NCBI GenBank assembly: GCA_964475985.1
Contig: CAYYYP010000011.1
Coordinates: 846-64,845, forward strand
Direction of reading: 5' to 3'
Length of the DNA stretch: 64,000 nucleotides
From: an uncultured Oligoflexia bacterium
GTDB lineage: Bacteria; Bdellovibrionota; UBA1018; CAYHWW01
A program made the position numbers and the translations under genes. The notes beneath the pieces were generated by a model. That model did not search any database and had not been told where the DNA came from. It worked only from the letters and a program-made list of their open reading frames with translations. Positions 37,846 to 45,431 of the stretch are shown in pieces (the first letter of the stretch is position 1; each line of letters starts with the position of its first letter).

Positions 37846-38174
37846 GATTCGATATTCTCCGACTTTTTGATCCGTGCATGGACACGATGAATTTCTGCGC
37901 CCAATTCAACGGAATCAAAGGTGCAAGAGCGTAAAGTTCGCCCAAAGAAGTAGTGCTCCCTCACGATCTTACGATTGATATACTCGTCGATCGTATGCGC
38001 GATCTCCTCAAGGCTCTCAACGTCAAAGCATTCCAAGTCCTGTATGTTCAAAAGTAGATTTGCGATCATTCTTAGTCTGTAGTCGTCTTGGCAAACGATG
38101 TCCTGGTAACGCATCGCAAACTGATCAAACTTCCGACAACAAGGTTTCATCATGGCTTTCTTGGAACTACTCAT
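37842..38174 (-). CDS. Hypothetical protein coupled to the recombinase
   Basis: 110 aa with 4-nt overlap. Confidence 0.6.
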   Translation of the reverse strand: MSSSKKAMMKPCCRKFDQFAMRYQDIVCQDDYRLRMIANLLLNIQDLECFDVESLEEIAHTIDEYINRKIVREHYFFGRTLRSCTFDSVELGAEIHRVHARIKKSENIES

Positions 38175-38256
38175 AGACAGCGTCTATACTACGGTCTAAA
38201 ATGTATAGCAATATGCAAGTATTGTGAAGTGATAGCGTTTGTATAGAATCTAAGGA

Positions 38257-38454
38257 ATGACGCTACCTAAGCTTCCAGACAACGGGCCGAGAAATGTCGG
38301 AGTTTCTTTTCGGATTTCAAAGATATCGGCAGACCAATTGAAGGCGCTAGCGAAGTCCAATGGGCTCAGCCAAGCCGATGTCATCGAGTGGCTTTTGGAT
38401 CGTGAGTGCCAGGCTCAGAATAAGAAGAAGTCGGAATCTAAGAAGGAGAAGTAG
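38257..38454 (+). CDS. Ribbon-helix-helix (CopG/Arc-like) DNA-binding protein
   Basis: VGVSFRIS....QLKALAK..GLSQADVIEWLL; CTATAC/GTATAG inverted repeats upstream (38184-38208). Confidence 0.7.
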   Translation: MTLPKLPDNGPRNVGVSFRISKISADQLKALAKSNGLSQADVIEWLLDRECQAQNKKKSESKKEK

Positions 38455-38458
38455 TCCT

Positions 38459-39148
38459 ATGAAGGGCTCCAAGAAGCATCCAAATACAGTTGACCGAGAC
38501 AGAACTAATCCAAAAAGTCTTGTCTCTATGATTGAAGGCGAGGCTTTTGAGAAAGCACTTGAGAAAGTCCCCGACGAGTATTGGGCTTTAAGCGAAGAAG
38601 AACTCCAAAAGCTCGCCAAGCCCTCCCGCACTGACTACGCCTTAAAGCTCGCATTCTGGAATGAGATCCGTTTGGCTGGCGAATACATCACAACCATCAA
38701 GCCTCAACGCATTTATGGCGGAATCTGCTCTTACGCAAATTGGCATCAAAACATGCTTTCCGTGCCAGAGAAGCTTGCCTGGCTTCTTTGCCCACTTCGA
38801 GATTTTCAAAAGAGCCTCGAACCGCTCTTGTACTGCATGGTGGAACGCTACTGGGAAGTCATGCAGCTTCCATTCTATGACAAGAAAGGCAACGTGATCG
38901 CCGGGAATGTGAAAGCTGTTCTACAGGTCAGTAAGCAGGTCGAAGATCGTCTTCTGGGGAGCGCTGTTCAGAGAAGCGTCAGCCAAAACCAGAGTGTCCA
39001 GGTACGAGCTAATGTCGATGGGGATATTGGAATTCGTCCGGGAGAAAGCGAGACGGCTTATATGACACGACTTAATAAGCGCCTAAAAGAGCTAGAAGAA
39101 GAAGAGCGGGAAGCCATGCACCTACCTCCGCCAAAGATTGAAAATTGA
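38459..39148 (+). CDS. Phage-type protein, possible terminase small subunit; start moved to MKGSKK
   Basis: LKLAFWNE...IYGGICS...EKLAWLLCP...DRLLGSAVQR resembles, from memory, proteins next to terminase genes in uncultured phages; not a verified hit. Confidence 0.4.
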   Translation: MKGSKKHPNTVDRDRTNPKSLVSMIEGEAFEKALEKVPDEYWALSEEELQKLAKPSRTDYALKLAFWNEIRLAGEYITTIKPQRIYGGICSYANWHQNMLSVPEKLAWLLCPLRDFQKSLEPLLYCMVERYWEVMQLPFYDKKGNVIAGNVKAVLQVSKQVEDRLLGSAVQRSVSQNQSVQVRANVDGDIGIRPGESETAYMTRLNKRLKELEEEEREAMHLPPPKIEN

Positions 39149-39350
39149 TTTTCCCGCACCGTATCGCGTGCGCTTCGATGAATATCCCCCGATAACACTT
39201 TTTAGCTATCTGACGAGATCGTTGATTCATGATCTATAAGATCGATTTTATTAAGCTTTTAGCGATCCCTGGGCACTCTCTAACTGCATCTTCCAACCCG
39301 CAAATAGTTACATGGTGCGCAAGGCACTCACTAGAGTGCTATAGCGGTTC

Positions 39351-39412
39351 TGGAAACAAGACCCTTTGTTTCCAATCTGTGTTTCCGTGATAAGGATTGT
39401 TTCCAGAAACAA
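39351..39412. repeat. Cluster of five GAAACA/TGTTTC motifs, including an inverted repeat
   Basis: TGGAAACAA-N6-TTGTTTCCA, then GTGTTTCC and TTGTTTCCAGAAACAA. Confidence 0.6.
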
Positions 39413-39514
39413 CCTAGGCTGCGATTAACTCTTTGATTGCATTGACGTTGTAGTAAGGATTTTCTATGAAGAACGTTCGATATGAAGCGGCTTGTGCACG
39501 CCAAATAAATTTGT

Positions 39515-39558
39515 AAAACCGAAGATGAAAATAAAAAACTCATCTTCGGTTTTTTTTT
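39515..39558 (+). terminator. Intrinsic terminator
   Basis: AAAACCGAAGATGA / TCATCTTCGGTTTT stem followed by a T-run. Confidence 0.8.
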
Positions 39559-39567
39559 AATCTAAAA

Positions 39568-39709
39568 TACCCCACGGGGATTCGAAGCCATGACTCCGGC
39601 CTGCCAAAGCAGGCTGAGGGAGCGTGACGCGACCGAAAGGAGTCATGGCCGGCCCGGAGAAAGGAGCCGCTGGAGGCGCGACGCACGCAGGGCGAATGCC
39701 GCTTGGGAC
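39568..39709. other. tRNA 3'-end-like 19-mer joined to a GC-rich nested-hairpin element
   Basis: Minus strand TTCGAATCCCCGTGGGGTA; GCCATGACTCC/GGAGTCATGGC stem enclosing a GCCTGC-CAAA-GCAGGC hairpin. Confidence 0.5.
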
Positions 39710-39872
39710 TCGGAGGTGCTCTTTGCCTAGGACGCTAGTTATGATTCCGCAAAGTCCGACGAATCAAACTTTAATAATGAAAACCTAACCTAGCCCAAGG
39801 GTAGGTCAATATTACTTCCCGATGCGATAAGGGGATGGCAACTAGTGATGGATCCCGACGCCATTGATGCCT

Positions 39873-40739
39873 TTACGGCTGGAGCTGGTTGATGCGTAAT
39901 TGCAAAAATTCAAACATGGCATCGAGCTCGGCAACGAAAAGTGGGAATCGTTCATCAGAAATATCTGGATGTACGGCGGACATTACCAAACTCTGCCCGA
40001 GAGCATCATGCATCCCAGCTGAATATTTTTCCCAGAGCTCATCATGCGGCTCAGCTGTTTCAATCAACTCTCCAATAAACTTAGCAAGAGGATCTTGAGA
40101 ATTATAGCCCTTGAGGTTGAGTTGCCGGCGAAGATCAGCTTCCCAGTCGTACAGTCGCGTAATCTCGTTAAATCTTTTTCTTAATGCCGGATTATCGGCG
40201 ATAGCAGACCGGCCTTTTGCCTCCCGGTGGAGATCGCTCTGCAAAAAGCCGCCTTTTTGCTTGAACATACTATTATCGAGCAGTACGCCAAACTCCTGAA
40301 AAATCCGCGTTATCTGAGGAATGCGAGCTTCCAGAGTTTCGCCCCATTCCAAAAAATAATCCGGCTTTCGAAGGGTAATGCGGTAAACGCGACCACCGAC
40401 AAATAAGATTTCACCGAAGTCGGCGGGTGGCTCGACCAAAGCCCTCATTCGCGCCAAGTACGCCGGCCACACATCACTCGTGCGCTGGAACCCGTTGTCT
40501 CGCAATGGCAATAATACTGTCCGTCTGATGCCCAAAACCTCAAAACTAGCGAACAAATAAAGCTCGTTGTCATTGAGAGGTGGATGGTTGTCCCTGGCAC
40601 GAACATCCACCTCATAAAATACCAAGGCCTCCTCGCAAGGATCAGAGTCGGAAACAACCATAGCCGCACCAGAATTTGTGCCTAAAACGAAGAACATATT
40701 TATAAAGATGGTTAAAGTTCGTAAAAATAGCAGCAGCAT
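39873..40739 (-). CDS. Hypothetical, probably secreted protein; start moved to MLLLFL
   Basis: Long ORF with hydrophobic N-terminus. Confidence 0.6.
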   Translation of the reverse strand: MLLLFLRTLTIFINMFFVLGTNSGAAMVVSDSDPCEEALVFYEVDVRARDNHPPLNDNELYLFASFEVLGIRRTVLLPLRDNGFQRTSDVWPAYLARMRALVEPPADFGEILFVGGRVYRITLRKPDYFLEWGETLEARIPQITRIFQEFGVLLDNSMFKQKGGFLQSDLHREAKGRSAIADNPALRKRFNEITRLYDWEADLRRQLNLKGYNSQDPLAKFIGELIETAEPHDELWEKYSAGMHDALGQSLVMSAVHPDISDERFPLFVAELDAMFEFLQLRINQLQP

Positions 40740-40875
40740 GTTTTGCAAGGTTCTATATATTTGTATCAAAGGCCGGCCGACCTTCCATTCAGCTGGTGTA
40801 CCAGCAATTCCGCACAGTCCACGGAAAACTTCGGTACCGGTTGACCGCACCCCGATAATCTTAAAAAACAATAAT

Positions 40876-41445
40876 ATGGAAAATCATAATGATCGTGCCC
40901 ACCAAGAAAGCGTAAGCCTTTTCATCCAGCAGAGAGTGCGAAGGGATTGCCTCGCCCGGTATGAAAAATGGCTTCCGGTAATGATGGCACGAGCGGCGGA
41001 GCATGAGGGTCACCAAGGCGTTCACGTGATTAGGCCTGGCGAGCGTGGTACTGAATACTCCATCATCATTCGTTACTCATCGTTAAAGAATGCTGAAAAG
41101 AGGTTGAACTCTGAAGCAAGAAAAACTTTAATTAACGAAATTTCTGACGCATTTGAAATTCCGGATCGCGCAAAGGTTCACCCGGGCATTGATTTTTTGT
41201 TTACCCCGCCAGCTTCGCCGACCAGGCGGCCCCGGGGGTGGAAACAATGGCTTGTGACTACATCAGTTATTTGGCCACTTTCATTCCTAATCCCACGGTT
41301 TTACAATCCGCTATTTCATGCAGCTCCCGTATTGGGTACTCCGGGAATTCGCGAAGGTATTGTATCAGCATCAATTGTAGCGCTTGTGGTTTTTCTAATT
41401 ATGCCTCGGTACGTGCGGGCGGTTTCTGGATGGTTGCATCGGTGA
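40876..41445 (+). CDS. Antibiotic biosynthesis monooxygenase (ABM) domain membrane protein; start moved to MENHND
   Basis: YEKWL, Y.IIIRY.S, WKQWLVTTSVIWPL, YLIMP-like FLIMPRY. Confidence 0.85.
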   Translation: MENHNDRAHQESVSLFIQQRVRRDCLARYEKWLPVMMARAAEHEGHQGVHVIRPGERGTEYSIIIRYSSLKNAEKRLNSEARKTLINEISDAFEIPDRAKVHPGIDFLFTPPASPTRRPRGWKQWLVTTSVIWPLSFLIPRFYNPLFHAAPVLGTPGIREGIVSASIVALVVFLIMPRYVRAVSGWLHR

Positions 41446-41466
41446 AGGAAAAAAGGACCCGAGCGT

Positions 41467-42696
41467 GTGATGCAAGTCAGTGCTACTAAGGGAGATATGT
41501 TTTCGTTCTTAAAAAGCAGGCCTCACCATAACCCTCACCGATCGTGTCCCGACTGTGGCGCGAAGATGAGCCCCTATCAGTGTGAAGATGCGCTCATTGA
41601 TCGTTGCCTTGATTGTAACGGTATCTGGTTTGACGCCCGGGAAATCGGCCAATTCCGAGTTGGCTTGGAAAAACTTGATCTGGAATCGTTTAAAACTTCA
41701 AAGCCGGTGGAAGCAGTTACCAGTTCTGTTTACCTCAGCACTTGCCCCGTTTGCCGAGTCCCGCTTGATGAAGGGCGTTATGCTTCCGACAGCAAAATTT
41801 CAGTAAAGCGTTGTGAGCGGTGCGAAGGCATCTGGCTTTCGAGTGACGAAGTCCTTCGGTTTGCTGATTTCGTTAGAGTGGGTAAGGCCCTTGCGCCGCA
41901 TGTGAAGGAAATCGCCAAAGGCCAGCGCGAGATGATCGCGACCTCACAAAATTTTGATAATGCGGCGGGGGCGGTGAATAAACATTTAACATTGATGCAA
42001 CGCTTTACGATGCAGAGCCACTTTCGCCATGGTTACGGAGTCATACTACCCGTTTACGATGAAAATTCCCGCGATACATTCCCTTGGGTGACTTCGAGTT
42101 TGATCGCCATCAATATCTTCATTTTTTTGCTTGTGGGTTATGATTCGTTCATTTGGCAAACTTTAGGAATTGTTCCGAAGGAAATTTGGCAGAATGGTTC
42201 GTTCATCACGTTACTAAGCAGCCAATACTTACATTCAGGAATTTTCCACCTGTTAGGAAATTGTTTTTTTCTTTGGATTTTTGGTGACAACGTTGAGGAT
42301 AAACTTGGGCCACTCAAGTTCTTTTTTCTCTACACTGTACTGGGCGTTATATCTGGGCTTACTTATGCTCTTCTGAACCCGTATTCAGATATTCCGGCCA
42401 TCGGCGCAAGCGGAGCGATTTCCGGAATTTTTGGCGCATACTTCGTGCTCTTTCCGAAGAGCGTTATTCATACACTGATCTTTGGTCAAATTTTTCGATT
42501 GCACATCGCCATCTACTTAATCGTATGGATTCTCTTAAATCTGCTGGACGGTTGGAAGAGCGCCGCATGGGGACTTATGGGAAATGCTTGGGAAGTGCAC
42601 CTCGCTGGGCTAGGGACGGGCATTGGACTTATGTATTTTCTTAAGCCCCCGAGGAAACTGAAATTATTAGATAGTGAACCGCCGCTGGCCCCCTAG
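41467..42696 (+). CDS. Rhomboid intramembrane serine protease with two N-terminal zf-TFIIB-like zinc ribbons
   Basis: CPDC...C..C.GIWFD and CPVC...C..C.GIWL; HLLGN, GASGAISG, H in WEVHLAG. Confidence 0.88.
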   Translation: MMQVSATKGDMFSFLKSRPHHNPHRSCPDCGAKMSPYQCEDALIDRCLDCNGIWFDAREIGQFRVGLEKLDLESFKTSKPVEAVTSSVYLSTCPVCRVPLDEGRYASDSKISVKRCERCEGIWLSSDEVLRFADFVRVGKALAPHVKEIAKGQREMIATSQNFDNAAGAVNKHLTLMQRFTMQSHFRHGYGVILPVYDENSRDTFPWVTSSLIAINIFIFLLVGYDSFIWQTLGIVPKEIWQNGSFITLLSSQYLHSGIFHLLGNCFFLWIFGDNVEDKLGPLKFFFLYTVLGVISGLTYALLNPYSDIPAIGASGAISGIFGAYFVLFPKSVIHTLIFGQIFRLHIAIYLIVWILLNLLDGWKSAAWGLMGNAWEVHLAGLGTGIGLMYFLKPPRKLKLLDSEPPLAP

Positions 42697-43490
42697 TTCG
42701 AGGCCCTGGGTTTTGGTCTTCCGGAACGGACTACAGATCCAGCTAAAGCTGTAGGGCAGTTCGCAGTGGTCGTATCCCTAAGCACTCCCTGCCAATGTTT
42801 AAGGTCATTCAACTCCCGAACCTTCGCATCTAAAAATTCATTTCTCGTTTTAGCCGGGAGCTTTCCAAAAGTTGGAGAACCAATTAATTTTTCCAAAAAT
42901 TTTATTGATGCCGTAAAGGCGCCAACTTGGTCGGTGGCAAGGGAGGTTAAGGTCTGTTCTGATAGTTTTGAAATCTCATCCTCAAGGGCTTGTTGAACGG
43001 TTCCATAAATTTCATGGGCGAATGCTACCACCGTCCGTACGAATCCATCTGCACGTTCTAATCCGGAAGGGGAATAAAAGACTCGATCTGCTAAGAGAAA
43101 CGTTATTATGAGCATTTCTTCCGGCGCTAATGACACTGCTTTAACGGTTGCTGCGTCTGCTGTGCCTACTCCGCCGGGAGCCGTCGCAGACATTTTTTGC
43201 AGGATGGGATCGTCGGTGTTCGTGACGAGTAGGACGAACTTCTTTCCGCTCAATATTTTTCGATCTGCATTCCAGGAAAATAGATTATTTTCCGTGACCG
43301 GGTAGTTAGCAATTAAATTTAAAGCCATATTTACCGTACTCAAAACTATTTCTCGCTGATTTTCTGGAGCCGAAGGCCCAAACTCCACGGATAGTGATAA
43401 CGCGGGGGGCGCAGCTACAACGGTGGTGTTCATGGCAGGAATTAGGGTTAAGATGAGGAAAACAAAAATGGCAGTTTTTCGTGAGGCCAA
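42693..43490 (-). CDS. Hypothetical secreted protein
   Basis: 265 aa with signal-peptide-like N-terminus. Confidence 0.65.
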   Translation of the reverse strand: MASRKTAIFVFLILTLIPAMNTTVVAAPPALSLSVEFGPSAPENQREIVLSTVNMALNLIANYPVTENNLFSWNADRKILSGKKFVLLVTNTDDPILQKMSATAPGGVGTADAATVKAVSLAPEEMLIITFLLADRVFYSPSGLERADGFVRTVVAFAHEIYGTVQQALEDEISKLSEQTLTSLATDQVGAFTASIKFLEKLIGSPTFGKLPAKTRNEFLDAKVRELNDLKHWQGVLRDTTTANCPTALAGSVVRSGRPKPRASN

Positions 43491-43800
43491 GGCTTACACT
43501 CCTTAAATAGATTTATTTTGTAGCCGCTAATTGAAACGGTTGCTCGGCCTAGAAGGCTGCCACACCATACATTAAGCACCCAAGTTGGCGTAATAAAAAC
43601 TTTTCTTATTTATATATGCCGGTGGCGAAATCAGGAATCCCCACGGGTGGGTTCAAAACGCGACGATTGGGCATGGCGCGATCCTAACCCAGGAACCTGG
43701 GAAAAATGTAGCCACGGCAAAAAATCCAAGGATTATGCTTAAGTTTGCTATTTGGCCCAGCGCCTAATAAACTAAAATTATTCACTAAGGGGCGTGGGGC

Positions 43801-44547
43801 ATGATCCGTTTCTTTTTTCTAACGATTTTAACTTCCACCTTAGGATGGGCTGACGCCGAAGTAGATACACGAGCGGGGACGACACGCCTTTTTGGAAATT
43901 GTATGGCGGCGCGGTGCCAGGGTTTGGATCCCCTCTCCTTCATACCGTGCAGGGATCGTTGTGAATCGGAGAGTAGGGTGGAAGCGGAGGCTCAAGCTAC
44001 GGCGGGCGCAAGGGCTGCGGCCGGTTCTCAGCGGGCGCTTGAGGGCGGGGAAACTGCAGTACTTCAACATTCAGATGCAATCACTCTGAGCGAACATGCT
44101 TTGCAATCCTTCTATGATTCTTGTCACGCAGCGCCAGTCAGTGCCGGGCGAACCCAAGCTCAAGCTAGCGCTGCATGTTTTGAGCGCCATTCTAGGGTCG
44201 AGACCGAAATGGCAGCCATCCGCTCCCGGGCCACCGCGTGTGTAACACGTTGCCGTCGCGCGCCGGGCGATGGATCATATTGCCGCAATGGTTGTTACCA
44301 TACCGAGGCAGAGGGTCTTCGCAATCAAGTCAATACCTTGAGGAGGCCATCAAGTTCACAGTCGCCCGGTCCAGTGGGTGCAGCCCCCGCTACTCGCACG
44401 TCACTTCCGGCCCCGACGTCTGTTTGCACGACCCCCTACACTGGTCAGGGTTCACAAATTGTTCCTTGCTGCACTTTCAATTGGGGCGGCGTTCTTCACC
44501 GCGGTGAAGCGTTTAGGGATTTCACCGCAGCTCGCAGAATATTATAG
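43801..44547 (+). CDS. Secreted Cys-rich hypothetical protein; frame stays open past TAG to 44889
   Basis: Signal peptide (GWA-D) and repeated CxxxC motifs. Confidence 0.65.
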   Translation: MIRFFFLTILTSTLGWADAEVDTRAGTTRLFGNCMAARCQGLDPLSFIPCRDRCESESRVEAEAQATAGARAAAGSQRALEGGETAVLQHSDAITLSEHALQSFYDSCHAAPVSAGRTQAQASAACFERHSRVETEMAAIRSRATACVTRCRRAPGDGSYCRNGCYHTEAEGLRNQVNTLRRPSSSQSPGPVGAAPATRTSLPAPTSVCTTPYTGQGSQIVPCCTFNWGGVLHRGEAFRDFTAARRIL

Positions 44548-44919
44548 GCGCGTTGGAATAGTTTTCCTTCCACCGTTAGGGGCGATCGAGATCTCTGCGG
44601 CGGCGACGGACTCTTACGCTATTGGCGAGCCCATCATTCACGGGCCCATTGCGGAAACAGCAGTGCAGTGAGGCGTTCGCTGCGGCAAGCCGAAGTCCTC
44701 GCGTGTGTTTGCGGGAATGGCAATGCCAGTTCCCAGGGTGGTCCACTACATCGCGGTGATGATGACCGCGCCGCTTGTAATCGCATTAGCTCACCGATTC
44801 TCCTTCAGAACGCCGCCTCTGGTTCTCATCGTGGGGAAGTAGAACCCCATCACCACTCAGGTGGGCATCACGGTAAAGGCGCGAGTTAGATTTTGGACGT
44901 AGTCCTTCACTGAAAAATT

Positions 44920-45339
44920 TTAATCGTCTGTTTTTTGCGTAAGTAAAATTTCCTTAATCTCAGCGGCAGAATAAGTTTTACCCTGGTTAATGCCAGCGCA
45001 AAAAGGAAGTACTTCTTCGTTCCAGGTTTTTGCGTTCATATTTTCTGGCCAAAAAGGCCAGGTGCGACATTGAATGGGCCTGCCTTCGTAAACGGTGCAT
45101 TGTTTTCCTTCCAAAAATGCGCAGTTTTGATCTGGATTTTTGAGATGCCAATGACCATTTTTTCTTGTGCAATGTTTATTCAAAAACTCGGCTTCAGGAA
45201 GGTTCAGAAATTGCGCGAGGCGTTTGCGATCCTGCTTTGTGAGGTAAACGTAACCGTACTTTCCACGAGCCATGCAGCACTTACCCGTGCCTTGGCACTC
45301 AAACTGAATTCCATTCTGCCAAAACTTCGCATGAGCCAT
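44920..45339 (-). CDS. YkgJ family cysteine-cluster protein
   Basis: FECQGTGKCC, CAFLEGKQCTVYEGRP.QCRTWPFW. Confidence 0.92.
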   Translation of the reverse strand: MAHAKFWQNGIQFECQGTGKCCMARGKYGYVYLTKQDRKRLAQFLNLPEAEFLNKHCTRKNGHWHLKNPDQNCAFLEGKQCTVYEGRPIQCRTWPFWPENMNAKTWNEEVLPFCAGINQGKTYSAAEIKEILLTQKTDD

Positions 45340-45431
45340 TACAGTGGTTATGACTTAAATTTCCGGGGATCGCACGCATAATGCGTAACTGCGCATTTCG
45401 CATAGGTAGCCTTTAACGACTGATGAAAAGC

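Larger units (their letters stand above)
1..39560. mobile_element. Putative satellite/tycheposon-like element with nitrogen-respiration cargo; left end outside the window
   Basis: Primase module and recombinase/RHH/TerS-like module flank the cargo and share a 19-bp repeat; no integrase or att pair seen. Confidence 0.45.

Noticed and set aside
39670-39760. Resemblance to a c-di-GMP-I riboswitch or RNase P fragment (ACGCAGGGCGAA, AAAGTCCG)
   Set aside because: Only isolated short matches; the required neighbouring conserved blocks are absent.
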